A stretch of DNA of 63,791 bases, filler included, from Octopus bimaculoides (Eukaryota), in assembly GCF_001194135.2 (NCBI RefSeq). It is 6 parts of 5 records of this genome, joined end to end, with 100 filler letters (N's around TTAATTAATTAA, not from the genome) between each part and the next. Parts side by side here need not be neighbours in the genome. Positions count along the whole stretch, not along the records: positions 8,436 to 23,675 come from NC_068982.1; positions 23,776 to 35,845 come from NC_068991.1; 4 more parts are not named here. One strand, given 5' to 3'. Numbering within the stretch: position 1 is the stretch's first letter; every line of letters begins with the position of its first letter. Below the pieces are notes generated by a model. It worked only from the letters and a program-made list of their open reading frames with translations, did not search any database and had not been told where the DNA came from. The position numbers were made by a program, and so were the translations under genes. Below are positions 14,052 to 25,872 of this stretch, piece by piece.

Positions 14052-14180
14052 AGTCGGTGAGCTGGCAGAAACGTTAGCACGCCGGGCAAAATGCTTAGCG
14101 GTATTTCGTCTGATGTTACGTTCTGCGTGCAAATTCCGCTGGGGTCGGCTTCGCCTTTCGGTGTCGGTGAATTAAGTAAA
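14052..14180 (+). mobile_element. SINE family A head, head-to-head with the previous copy
   Basis: ggtgagctggcagaaacgttagcacgccgggcaaaatgcttagcggtatttcgtc.. Confidence 0.85.
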
Positions 14181-14500
14181 TTTTTAATCTAATATTTTAT
14201 CAATTATNNNNNNNNNNNNNNNNNNNNNNNNNNNNNNNNNNNNNNNNNNNNNNNNNNNNNNNNNNNNNNNNNNNNNNNNNNNNNNNNNNNNNNNNNNNNN
14301 NNNNNNNNNNNNNNNNNNNNNNNNNNNNNNNNNNNNNNNNNNNNNNNNNNNNNNNNNNNNNNNNNNNNNNNNNNNNNNNNNNNNNNNNNNNNNNNNNNNN
14401 NNNNNNNNNNNNNNNNNNNNNNNNNNNNNNNNNNNNNNNNNNNNNNNNAAGATATTAATTATAGATGTACACGGCTTTACATTAATCATCACCTCTTTGT

Positions 14501-14541
<41 letters not shown>

Positions 14542-14629
14542 CTTCGTACTGAATAAAACCTTGTGAGTGTATTTGGTAGACTGAAATTGAAAATAGACCG
14601 TCGTATACATATATATATATATAAAGAGA

Positions 14630-14830
14630 GTTCAAATTTACAGAAAACAAAAGACGAAGAGGGGTGAAAGAACAATAAGTAGGTTTATTAATTTAACGCT
14701 CGTGAAGAATGGAAAGATCTTTTACGTTCAGAGCCTACGTTCTTCGATTGAGAGAGGAGAAATGGAGAGAACGGGAAAAAAAAAAGAAAGAAAACAAGAA
14801 AAAATGTGCAGGGAATAACGGTTCAGCATG
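14630..14830 (-). mobile_element. Second copy of the same repeat, hammerhead core more eroded
   Basis: cagaaaacaaaagacgaaga..ttttacgttcagagcctacgttcttc aligns with 52185-52295. Confidence 0.55.
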
Positions 14831-15946
14831 AAGAAACGCATATTTATATATAATTTTACGATAATTCTTTTCATAATATTCGCACAAAATAAACTATTGT
14901 GAGTTTGTTAATTATTCGTCAGTTTCTTAATTCCACGTCGCTACTTTTGTAACCATTGATATCGGATTGTTATAACACCCCCTCTGGTATAGCAGTATAG
15001 TTAGTATGACATGCAAGACCACGTATGCCTATGACCGCCTACTATTACTCTCTGTTTATACTGACCGACATCACCTTATTTATAGCGACTATGACATACC
15101 ACTCGTCACGTGAGATGGGTGAACCTTTATTACTAATATGCCCAATATACATACATACATATATATAGAGAGAGAGGAATATATATATAGAGGAATATCT
15201 ACTGTCTCATTCTGTGGTTAGCAGCCGCGGTGGTACTTTAATTTCTTCGCTCGTTGCCCGATTTCTGTCGTCCTGTTATGTTTCTGAGAAATGGTGGCTT
15301 ATTAGATGATGTTTGACTCTTACTTTTAGCAACGCTGATACCTCGTATACGCTCAATTATAATTTCAATTAATTATCAAATGTATATATATATATTTACA
15401 TACACGCGCGCGCATGCGCACGCACACACACACACACTCACACACACGTACATATATATATGGGTGTGAGCATGTATATACGTATATATGCATATATATG
15501 TTTATCAGCTACGCATATTGATATTGACAAGAAAGCTAACTTATAAAATCTCAATGCGAGATGAAGCGATGAGGTGAGGTCTGTCAAATTTTTCACACCG
15601 ATCAGTGGAAACAGGCGATCATCGTGTTAATAAGATGACGTTTTGTTTATTGAAGTCTGAGTTCTCCGCAAGTAGCTCATTTCACTTACGTGTAACCTTC
15701 AGTTTGTGATTTCTCTTTCTGCTGAGTCAACTCCGATCACGTTGGTGAGTGGGAACTTGGGAATAGCTGGAAAATATGTGTCCCCTTCAGAGAAGGGAAC
15801 AATTGTGAACTTTTATGTGCTCAAAGATTTATCATACAATGGGTCATAGACGACATACCATGCAGGAGAATCGAACCTTGAACTTCATGATCGGAAAGAA
15901 AATTACTTAAATATCCGGTTCATTGATGTTGTCCTTACGTATATTG

Positions 15947-16153
15947 GTTTCTACTCTAGCCACAAGGCCCAACATTTTGGGGGAGGTGGCCGGTCGATAA
16001 GATCGACTCCAGTACGCAACTGGTACTTAATTTATCGATAAAACGCAAAGTCGACCTCGACCGAATTTCAACTCTGAACGTAAAGACAGACGAAATACCG
16101 CTAAGCATTTCGCCCGGCGCGCTAACGTTTCTGCCAATTCGCCCTCTTGTTCC
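15947..16153 (-). mobile_element. SINE family A with TSD
   Basis: TSD TACGTATATTG at 15936-15946 and 16154-16164. Confidence 0.88.
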
Positions 16154-17679
16154 TACGTATATTGCTTGATGTGTTAGAAATGTATACCAATTCTCCTTAA
16201 ATTACACCCCACAAAATTGAAGAGAGACGATCACATTTGAAAATGTAGTCAATATACCGACCTAAAAGGACGAGATGATTATAGCTAGAATATCGTTGAA
16301 ACTATGTATATTAGCTCAGTTATAGTTCTCCTCACCTGGAGCTGAATAGCAGAAACAGCAGATATATAAAAGAAGGAGCACAGGAATTTATTTCTTCTCA
16401 GAGACATTAGCACCGAAAGTGTAAGATTAAAGTGCCTTGATTTTCATAAACTGAACTCGGGTTGCAAAATATACTCTGTTCGTATATAGCAATAAAATCA
16501 ATGAAGCTATTCCAAATAGCAAAGATATAATAATAATTATGATGCAAAACATTTATAGTACTCAAGAAAGCCATAAATGTCATTATAATAGCATCTCTAT
16601 TATTATTTTCTGAATATCATTTTATAACATTGTAGACCACCATGGAGAAAGAGATATGCTCCCAGCTGACGAAAATCACGATGCGCTTTCAATTTACAGC
16701 CAAAGGCATTTCACTTTGAGTATGTTACAAAAACATCTGTGAAAAAGCATGAAGGTCACACGTCCAATTTCCCCTCCCTATTATGCTCTTCGCATTCAGT
16801 CAAAAGAAAGCAATATCATTTTTACAACATATGTATATATATATATATATATTTGACTGTCTACAAGACGTTGCATATATGCAAGCTGAATGGTAAATAG
16901 ATGCTCTCACCATAAACTGAGATATTAACGAGTTGAACAATCAAAAAGACGATATTCTTAAAGTGTTTACCAGAATATTCTTGATAAAGAAATAGACTTG
17001 ACGATGATTACAGTAAAATAAACTGAAAATATCATAAAATAAAGAATGATATACGTTATAAAAATATGTCCAAATATTTTAAGGTAAGAAATGAAAGCAA
17101 GGAAACTAAATATAGCCTCAAGACATAAAAAATGCCTGTACATGTGTACAGGAGTTGCATTGCCACACGGTTAAAAATGTTCTTTCCGTTAACGTCTGGT
17201 TCTGAGATCGATCTTACAGTATGGTATCTTGGTCTCTCTGTCCCAGCATTTAGGATGTCTTGGAATTTCTAGAAACTAAGGGCGACGCATTGTTTCGTGG
17301 TTAGGGTGTCAGACTCATGATCGCAAGATTGCGGTTTCGATTCCTAGATCGTACGATGTGTTGTGTTATTGAGCAAAACTCTTCATTTTACGTTGCTCCT
17401 GACTACTCAGCTGGCAAAAATGAGTAATTCTGCGACGGACCGGCCTCCCTTCCATGTGGGAAATACAGTAATCCCTGGACTATTGCGATTGTTACGTTCC
17501 AAAACGTGAAAATCCACGAAGTCGAAACAGCACTGTACTGTATATATATATTTTAAACATTTTTATAATTTGTATCTATTTATTTTATTATAAATGCAAG
17601 ACAATACCACACACTCACCTCCCGAGTTTCGTTTTCCATGTGCGATTCTTTGCTTACTCATCCACGGTACACATTTTAT

Positions 17680-17873
17680 TCTTTTATTTTATTTGTTTCA
17701 GTCAATTGACTGTGGCCATGCTGAAGCACCACCTTTAGTCGAAAACATCGACCCCAGAACTTACTCTTTCTAAGCCAAGTAATTATTCTATCGGTCTCTT
17801 TGCCGAACCGCTAAGTTATGAGGACATAAACACACCAGCAACGGTTTTCAAGCGATGTTGTGTGGGGGGACAA

Positions 17874-17915
<42 letters not shown>

Positions 17916-18065
17916 TCAGCTTCCGTCTACCAAATCCACTCACAAGGCATTGGTCGCCCCAAGGCTATAGTAGAAGACACTTGCCCAAGGTGCCATGCAG
18001 TGGGACTGAACCCGGATCCATGTGGTTGGTAAGCAAGCTATTTAACACAACAGCCACGCCTGCGT
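17680..18065 (-). mobile_element. SINE family B nested in the MITE
   Basis: Same head, core, internal microsatellite and tail as 20325-20822. Confidence 0.88.
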
Positions 18066-18098
18066 CTACGTATTTCCTTTTAATATATTTTAATTAAT

Positions 18099-18316
18099 TA
18101 TGGAGGCGAGCTGGTAGAAACGCTAGCGCGCCGGGCGAAGTACTTATCAGTATTTCGTCTGTCTTTATGTTCTGAGTTCAAATCCCGCCGAGGTCGGCTT
18201 TGCCTTTTATCCTTTCGGGGTCGATATATTAAGTACCAGCTACATATTGGAGTAGATCTAATCGACTGGCCACCTCCCCACCAAAAATTTCGGGCCTTGT
18301 ACCTAGAGTAGAAAAG
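18099..18316 (+). mobile_element. SINE family A with 17-bp TSD, inside the MITE
   Basis: TSD AATATATTTTAATTAAT at 18082-18098 and 18317-18333. Confidence 0.92.
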
Positions 18317-18469
18317 AATATATTTTAATTAATGTATTATACACTGCAGTACTGTACTCAACCTTTATTTATTAATTTTTAGACGTGAAAATGCTTATTT
18401 TACCACAGAAATAATTAAAATCTAATAAGATACAAGTATCTATGCCCTACAGAAATGTGCGATATACTT

Positions 18470-18790
18470 TCCTACTCTAGGTACAAGGCCGTCGATTAGG
18501 TCGACCCATTAAGCAACTGGTACTTAATGTATCGAACCCCGAAAGGATGAAAAGCAAAGTCGACCTCGGCGGGATTTGGACGCAGAACGTAAAGAGAGAC
18601 GAAATAGAAATCTTTTCTACTCTAGGCACAAGGCCTGAAGCTTTGGGGGAGAGGCCATCCGATTAGATCGACTCCAGTATCCAACTGGTACTTAATTTAT
18701 CGACCTCGAAAGGATGAAAGGCAAAGTCGACTTCGGCCTAATTTGAACTCAGAACATTTTGCCCGCTGTGCTAACGATTCTGCCAGCTCA
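18470..18790 (-). mobile_element. Two tandem partial SINE family A copies inside the MITE
   Basis: Two ctactctagg(c/t)acaaggcc tails at ~18472 and ~18617, each followed by the core. Confidence 0.8.
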
Positions 18791-19289
18791 AAGCCCTAAA
18801 TTTACATATGTTAACCAGAAAAATCCGCGATGTACTGAGTGCGTGATAAGTGAACCGCGATATGGCAAGGGATTTCTGTATATACGTGAGAGGCACCGGG
18901 AAACCGGCCCTGCGATTCTTAAAGAGTAATGTGGACTAGCCACCGGCGGCTATTGGTAGAAACATTGAATACTTGGCAATATTTGTTCAGACTCACTGTA
19001 CTCAGAGTTTAAATTCCGCCTAATTTAATTTCTTACCATACTGGTAAGTGAAATCGGTATTAATTGCCATTTGGTAATCATAATGAATTCTCTGGAGACA
19101 GAAATAGTTTTAGTAATTTTATGTTATACAAATATAAGTAAATGAGAAACAATACCTGATGATTCCTGTTACAAAATCAATAATTTTTCAGACATCTATT
19201 TTTATTTTTTATACTTGTTTCAGTCATTAGATTCCGGCCATACTAGAGCATCGCCTTGAAAGATTTCTTAGTCGAATGAGTCCAGAAAT

Positions 19290-19820
19290 CCCTAGCTCGG
19301 CAGTGCTACCGTGGGGCACTGCCGGTTGAACATAAATTCTACAGGCACAGAAGTGCTGTGGGGCGGGACTTCCCGAGATGAGCGCAGAAGGACGAAAACG
19401 TTCTGCACGCACCCGTCCAGTATCCGTAGATTACTGACTTATGGAGTTATGTTCAACAGTTGTTATCACGTATAGAACGGATCCAACTATCGGCCGAGTC
19501 CACAATGAAGATTGATCCGCTGTCTTCTATTGGTCCGGAAGGGCAGGCAATTTTCCTCTGTCTGATAGCAGTAGCGAAAGAAGTTTTATGGTGGACCAGA
19601 TTGAAAGGTCTGCAGACAGACACTTTTCTCTTCGGCCAATCTCTCATCAACATTTTCAAATTTCACTTAGAAAGGAAGATGAGGATGGAGAGAGAAGTGC
19701 TGCTCCCTACCCCCACCTCGTACATTTGCTAAAAGGTGGGCGATTGTTGTGAAAATAGCCCGTGTGAGTAGACCTACTCTAATAATGCGCCTGTGGGTTA
19801 GTGAATTTGAGAGGGAGAAG
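19290..19820 (+). mobile_element. Tx1/L1-clade LINE 3' fragment (ORF2 C-terminus)
   Basis: Degenerate knuckle ..FPR*AQKDENVLHA..DLWSYVQQLLSRIERIQLSAES..LIAVAKEVLWWTRLKGL.., resembling Tx1-type ORF2 C-termini. Confidence 0.7.
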
Positions 19821-19821
19821 G

Positions 19822-20302
19822 GTGCTGTGGTTTGTTGCGTTGATCTTATTTTCACTGTATTGAAGGTGTTTCACGTAGGATGTGTGCAGTGCCTAGTAGT
19901 GCTATTTCCTGTATGTTATATATACTTGTAAGTCCTGGTGTTTCTGTTATGTATTTGTCGGAATATTTTTCGGCTATACCTAAGGCACCTACTATGATAG
20001 GAATTGTTTCTGTTTTTAGGTTCCACATTCGAGTTATCTCTATTTCCATGTCTTTGTATTTTGAAAGTTTCTCCATTTCTTTTAGAGAAATGTTGTCATC
20101 TCTTGGTATTGATATACCAAGCATTTCTTTTTTCTTGGTGATCTCTCACGACTATATCCGGCTTATTGGCCTTAATTTCTCTATCTGTGTCTATTGGCAT
20201 ATCCCAGAGTATGGTTGCTTTCTCATTTTCCCTGACTTTTTCTGGGGTGTTCCTATACTACCTCTTTTTCTATTGTTACTCCATAGCGTTGGTATAGCTT
20301 CC
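19822..20302 (-). mobile_element. R4/Dong-like non-LTR retrotransposon 3' fragment (restriction-like endonuclease domain)
   Basis: Minus translation ..PEKVRENEKATILWDMPIDTDREIKANKPDIVVRD.. followed by ..IPRDDNISLKEMEKLSKYKDMEIEITRMWNL..IPIIVGALG..IQEIALLGTAHILR, the typical RLE C-terminus. Confidence 0.88.
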
Positions 20303-20324
20303 TCATTATTATTATTATTCTCTC

Positions 20325-20822
20325 TTTTACTCATTTACTTGTTTCAGTCATTTGACTGCAGCCATGCTGGAGCACCACCTTTAGTCGAGCAAATCGACCC
20401 CAGGACTTATTCTTTGGATGCCTAGTACTTATTCTATCGGTGTCTTTGCCGAACCGCTAGATGACGGGGACGTAAACACACCACCATCGGTTGTCAAGCG
20501 ATATTGGGGAGACAAACACAGACACACAAACACACACACACACACACACACACACANNNNNNNNNNNNNNNNNNNNNNNNNNNNNNNNNNNNNNNNNNNN
20601 NNNNNNNNNNNNNNNNNNNNNNNNNNNNNNNNNNNNNNNNNNNNTATATATACATACATATATACGACGGGCTTCTTTCAGTTTCCGTCGACCGAATCCA
20701 CTCACAAGGCTTTGGTCGGCCCGAGGCTATAGTAGAAGACACTTGCCCAAGGTGCCATGCAGTGGGAATGAACCCGAAACCATGTGGTTGGTAAGCAAGC
20801 TACTTACCATACAGCCACTTCG
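20325..20822 (-). mobile_element. SINE family B (CORE-like ccttgggcaagt domain, internal TA/TG microsatellite), near full length
   Basis: Head gtggctgtatggtaagtagcttgc, core caccttgggcaagtgtcttctactatagcc and tail gactaaaggtggtgctccagcatggc. Homologues at ~6760-6930(+), 8487-8625(-), 17680-18065(-), 21510-21728(+), 23465-23585(+), 37120-37310(+), 45530-45645(+), 59340-59400(+) and 61020-61135(-). Confidence 0.9.
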
Positions 20823-20850
20823 GCGCCTATTATTATTATTATTATTATTA

Positions 20851-20911
<61 letters not shown>

Positions 20912-21688
20912 TTCATTTCATCATATTACTATGAGCAGGAACGGTTTTAACATAGATTAGCTCAACGAAAGTTGATCTGTAATAAGAGCGGCAACAAATA
21001 TACAGTGCCAGAATCAATTATAGGAGCAGACGAGTGGAAAGAATATAAAAGTGTGTCATCATTAGAATATTTTTTATTAAATATAAAAATCTATGAGTTA
21101 AATATTTTGTCTCTTGATGTTTTATTATTGCTACAATGTTCAATTTATTTTCTGTATTTGTATATTTTTTTTAAAACTTTCATAGCAAACATTTTGTTGA
21201 TCGCAGACAAACATGAAACCATTCCCATTATTTACACAGGTCAAAAATTTCATCGGTCGTAACTGACACGAAAGCCGCATTTAAGGAACGAATAGAAAAC
21301 TTATCGAAGTGTTGTACATGCAGTCCCTCTTGTGTGCACGCACACAGGCACACACACAAATACAAATACACACATAAGTACAAACACAAATATACACGCA
21401 CACACACATACATATAAACGGTCTCTATTCTCTCGTTTTCTCAATCTCAGCGCACATATATATATATATACGTGCGTGTGCATGTGTGTGTTTGTGTGTG
21501 TGTACAAAGGAGCAGGCGTGGCTGTGAGGTAAGAGGCTTGTTTCCCAACCACACAGTTTTGGGTTCAATCCCACTGCGTTGCAACTTGGGCGAGTGTCTT
21601 CTACTATAGCCTCTGGCCGACCAAAGACTTGTGAGCGGTTTTGGTAGACGAAAACTGAAAGAAGCCCATCATATATATATATGTGTGT

Positions 21689-21727
<39 letters not shown>

Positions 21728-22424
21728 NNNNNNNNNNNNNNNNNNNNNNNNNNNNNNNNNNNNNNNNNNNNNNNNNNNNNNNNNNNNNNNNNNNNNNNNN
21801 NNNNNNNNNNNNNNNNNNNNNNNNNNNNNNNNNNNNNNNNNNNNNNNNNNNNNNNNNNNNNNNNNNNNNNNNNNNNNNNNNNNNNNNNNNNNNNNNNNNN
21901 TATATATGATTACGTATATATATGACAGTTATTGGTAACCAGAAAACCCAAGATGGTAGGTAAGACTATGTAAGTGCTACTACAGGAGGTCTGTAGTTAG
22001 ACTCTCGGTTGGATAATAGTAGGAGTGAGATGTCTCATGCAAGTGTTGTGTGAGCATGTATATGTTACATAAAATGTGACAACAAAACCGAGGCTGTGTG
22101 GAGTTTATAGGACATTTTTAATGAGAAAAGTGGTGCTTATAAATGTTGTATAAATTCCACAGATTTTTTGATTTGTTATCTCATTTCATTTAACACACAC
22201 ACAAATATATATGTATATATATATAGGAGGGTATTGGATTTAACCAAATCCAAGAGGATACAGGTAATACCGAGTAAGTGCTGTATATCGACTAGTTTTG
22301 CCCCAGTCGTTGTATGAACAGGATTGGGGATTATAAGTCGTGTATTAGCGTGTGTATATGTAAATATAAAAATAAAAAGATAAAGAGACCAATGGTAAGG
22401 TTGGAGAAATATTTTATGGATAGA

Positions 22425-22473
22425 GTCTTACAGCTGTTTCTGGGAAGATCCAGTACTTCCCTTCATCGGAGAC
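22425..22473 (-). ncRNA. Minimal type-I hammerhead-ribozyme-like motif (variant core)
   Basis: Minus strand: GTCT-CCGATGA-A-GGGAAG(TACTGGAT)CTTCCC-A-GAAA-CAGCTG-TA-AGAC. All three helices pair, helix III is palindromic, and the cleavage triplet is GUA. Activity untested. Confidence 0.75.
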
Positions 22474-23101
22474 AGAAAAAATAAAGGAATCGATTATTTT
22501 ATCCATAGACGGATAGTTTTAGTATGAAGTGATATAGAGTGTGATGGGTTGAAAAAGAAAGAAAGAGGGAACAGTACTTGGTGTGTAGTTTCATTCCAGT
22601 AGTAAATATCCTTGTAAAGTAATCCTTGTGGGGATAATCCGGAAATAGATGTTGCAGCAATGGTGAATATATGCCATATTGAATCCGATGGTTTTTGCTT
22701 GTTATATATATATATTGCTCCACCTTCACAGGCGTGAAGGTGGAGCAATATAGTGCTTCCAACGTTATCAATGATCCTAGTGCTTCCTCGTTATCAATGG
22801 CATTTCTGAATTCCCATCCATAACTTCTCAGATGACTATTTAGTCCCGTTCCAAATTTGTACGGTTTGAAGCATAGGTAAAAATCTAACAGATGTAACTT
22901 ACTGTGCGCTTCCAACTGGTTAGGAGTGTTTACATTACCACTCTTCCATCACCATGGGACGTTCGGTGCATATTTATGCATTCAGTTGGATAATTAGCTA
23001 GTTGGAGAGTTACATATATAGATACATATATTTTTGTTTGACCAAGAAACCTTTTAAACGATGAGAAAAATCTTGGACAAATAATGTATTTACATGTATA
23101 T

Positions 23102-23425
23102 GGCGGCACGTAGCTTAGTGGTTAGGCTACTCACCTCAGGATTATAAGTTCATGAGTTCAATTCCTGGTGATGGTTGTGTCCTTGAGCAAGACACTGTAT
23201 TTCACATTGCTCCAGTCCACTCAGCTGGCAAAAATGAGTAGTACTTTTATTTCAAGTGGGCCAGCCTTATCACATTGTGTGTCGCGCTGAATCCCCCTAA
23301 GAACTACATTACGAATACACGTGCCTGTGGAGTACTCAGCAACGTGCACGCTATTTTCACGAGCAGGCTTTTCCGGTGATCGGATCAACTGAGACACTTG
23401 TCGTCGAAACCGACAGATTGCCGGT
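23102..23425 (+). mobile_element. SINE family C, different tail
   Basis: A/B-box-like head gtagcttagtggttagg..gagttcaattcc, the same core, and a distinct 3' half. Confidence 0.82.
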
Positions 23426-23589
23426 TTACATGTATTTAGATACAATTATAAATATATACTTTTATTTGTACTAGGCTTACAAAGAATAAGTCCTGGGGTC
23501 GATTTGCTCGACTAAAAGCGGTGCTCCAGCATGGCCACGGTCAAATGACTGAAACAAATAAAAGAATAAAAAAAGAAAAAGAATATTAC

Positions 23590-23666
23590 CAAGAAAATTG
23601 CAGGACAGTGAACCGTGATGTACTGAGTGCATGATAGGTGAACTGCGATATAGCGAGGGATTCCTG
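23590..23666. mobile_element. Right end of the same Tigger-type MITE family
   Basis: gatgtactgagtgcatgataggtgaactgcgatatagcgagggattcctg-TA, closely similar to 18820-18880. Confidence 0.7.
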
Positions 23667-25803
23667 TATATATATNNNNNNNNNNNNNNNNNNNNNNNNN
23701 NNNNNNNNNNNNNNNNNNNTTAATTAATTAANNNNNNNNNNNNNNNNNNNNNNNNNNNNNNNNNNNNNNNNNNNNACACACACACACACACACAGAGTTT
23801 GGTATAGTGCCATCTCGCTCAACTTTTACAAACCAAGAAGAGATTTACCAGGACTAAAAATAAAATCTGTGCTCATCATATTGCCAAAATATATACAGAC
23901 ACTGACAGATTGCAGAAGTCTCTAATTTGAATATATATTAAACTACACTGATTAAACTGCCGTACTAAAAATGTGTTCATCTACCGTATTTTTATCTTTC
24001 GAAAGTTTGCTTTTGTTTCAGCTGTACCATCAAGAATTACTAGAGAAAAGACAAGGCAACAAATTCGAAATAGATGTCAGGGTGTAAAAATGGCTGCGTT
24101 ATTGATTTACAATTCAGCCACGTATTTCCGAATTGTCGGAATTTCTGATCTTAAGTTTTCAGTTATTCGATCAATTGTAATTGACTGCGTATTCCACAGC
24201 CATATTATTTTCAGCGTAATCCGGTGAGAGAAGGCTAGACCTTTACATTACAGGCATAGTTTATCCAATAGCTTTCCGATGAGTTTCCGTCTATCCAATT
24301 TCTTCATAAAGGCTGCAGAAAAGGAAAGTTGCCTGAAATGACCTCGCCATTGCGAAGCTCAGTTCTTGACTTTTCGGCTATATGCACCATAGCACACACA
24401 CACACATTTATGTATGTGTCTGTGTGTTTGTGTGTGAGTGTGTGATATTTTTGTATGTGCGCTCGTGCCTGTATTTATGCATCCTTTACCGATTTATATA
24501 TGTGATTTATAAATATTGCCTAGAAAACCTTAAAAACAAGGAAGTCCCTTGTTTTGCTCCGTGTGAACCCCACCTTTGTCTCTCTCACCCTCAAAAATGG
24601 ATGAAATCATGAATTAGCTTGTTGAAAACCTCTGATGAACGGACGGCGATTTAGAAACCATATAAACATCATATATATAAATAGATAAATAAAATGAATG
24701 AAATATATTATGCTAGCTTGATAATATTACCTGTTAAATAAATGATATGCTTTCTGTATTCATTCTACAATACTAATATCTTATCAAGTAGGCTGTACAG
24801 TTTGTAGAATAACAGTTGATACAATAGTTTCTGATTTAGGTACAAGGCCAGTTATTTTAAAGAGAAGAGATTAGTCGATATCATCGATCTTAGTACTTGA
24901 CTGGTATTTTATTTTATCGATTCAGAAAGGATGAAAGATAAATTTGGCGTAATCGTGTTTCGAACTTAGAATCCAAATAGCTGGGACAAATACTGCAAAG
25001 CATTTTTATCCAACGCTCTGAGCATTTTTCCTGTTCGTTGTCTTAAATCAGTTGATACAATGACACTTGTCCGATACAACTTAGACCAGGGGTTTTTAAG
25101 AGCTTCCGCAAAGAAAATTGCGCTGTTAGCTATTGGATTCTAACTCACGAAGTGTGAGTGGAACGATCAGTCTTTATTCAACCATTGCTGCTCTCCACTG
25201 TCCACGTGAAGGCTTCTACAGTTATATGTTGAAATTTAGTTAGCAGTGTCTTATGAAAAACCTCCTGATCGTATTATTGAATCACAATTTCACTGTACTA
25301 TTGATTTTTTCTGCGTAAAAGATGATGTGTTACGGAATAAAAGAAATCAAACATGAATGTGAGACAGTCGCCATGATTACATAAAACAAGAATAGGAATA
25401 TGACCTTGATATTGAATACAAGGAAACATTAATTCTCAATTAATTATTTAAAAAATTAATTCAAATATTAATATTTTATGGTAACAAAACATTCGGGTAA
25501 ATTTGAATGAATTAGTCATAAAGATTCATTTATGGAAATTAATATAAAGAACTCATACTTTGTTAATATATTTTGGAGTCAGCTGGAAAATTCTATTTTC
25601 GAAATTACTGTTAACGCTGTTTGTTTTTAGTATAAGTATTTCCACATTGTTTTCCTCCATATTTGAGAACGGCACTCACATATGAGCTGAGACTCATATT
25701 TAAGTGTCGGAATAGGCACGAAAAATTGAGTCATTTGAGTAAATAAGAAAATACAGTACGAATACAAATACATACAAGCATATAGATACACGCATAGAGG
25801 TGT

Positions 25804-25872
<69 letters not shown>

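Larger units (their letters stand above)
17466..18878. mobile_element. pogo/Tigger-type MITE carrying four nested SINEs
   Basis: Imperfect TIRs CAGTAATCCCTGGACTATTGCG (17466) and, reverse-complemented, CAGAAATCCCTTGCCATATCGCG (ending 18878), with TA on both sides. A second right end of the same family ends at 23666. Confidence 0.75.

Noticed and set aside
14968-15150. TG...CA-bounded ~180-bp segment as a solo LTR
   Set aside because: No target-site duplication and no second copy in the window.
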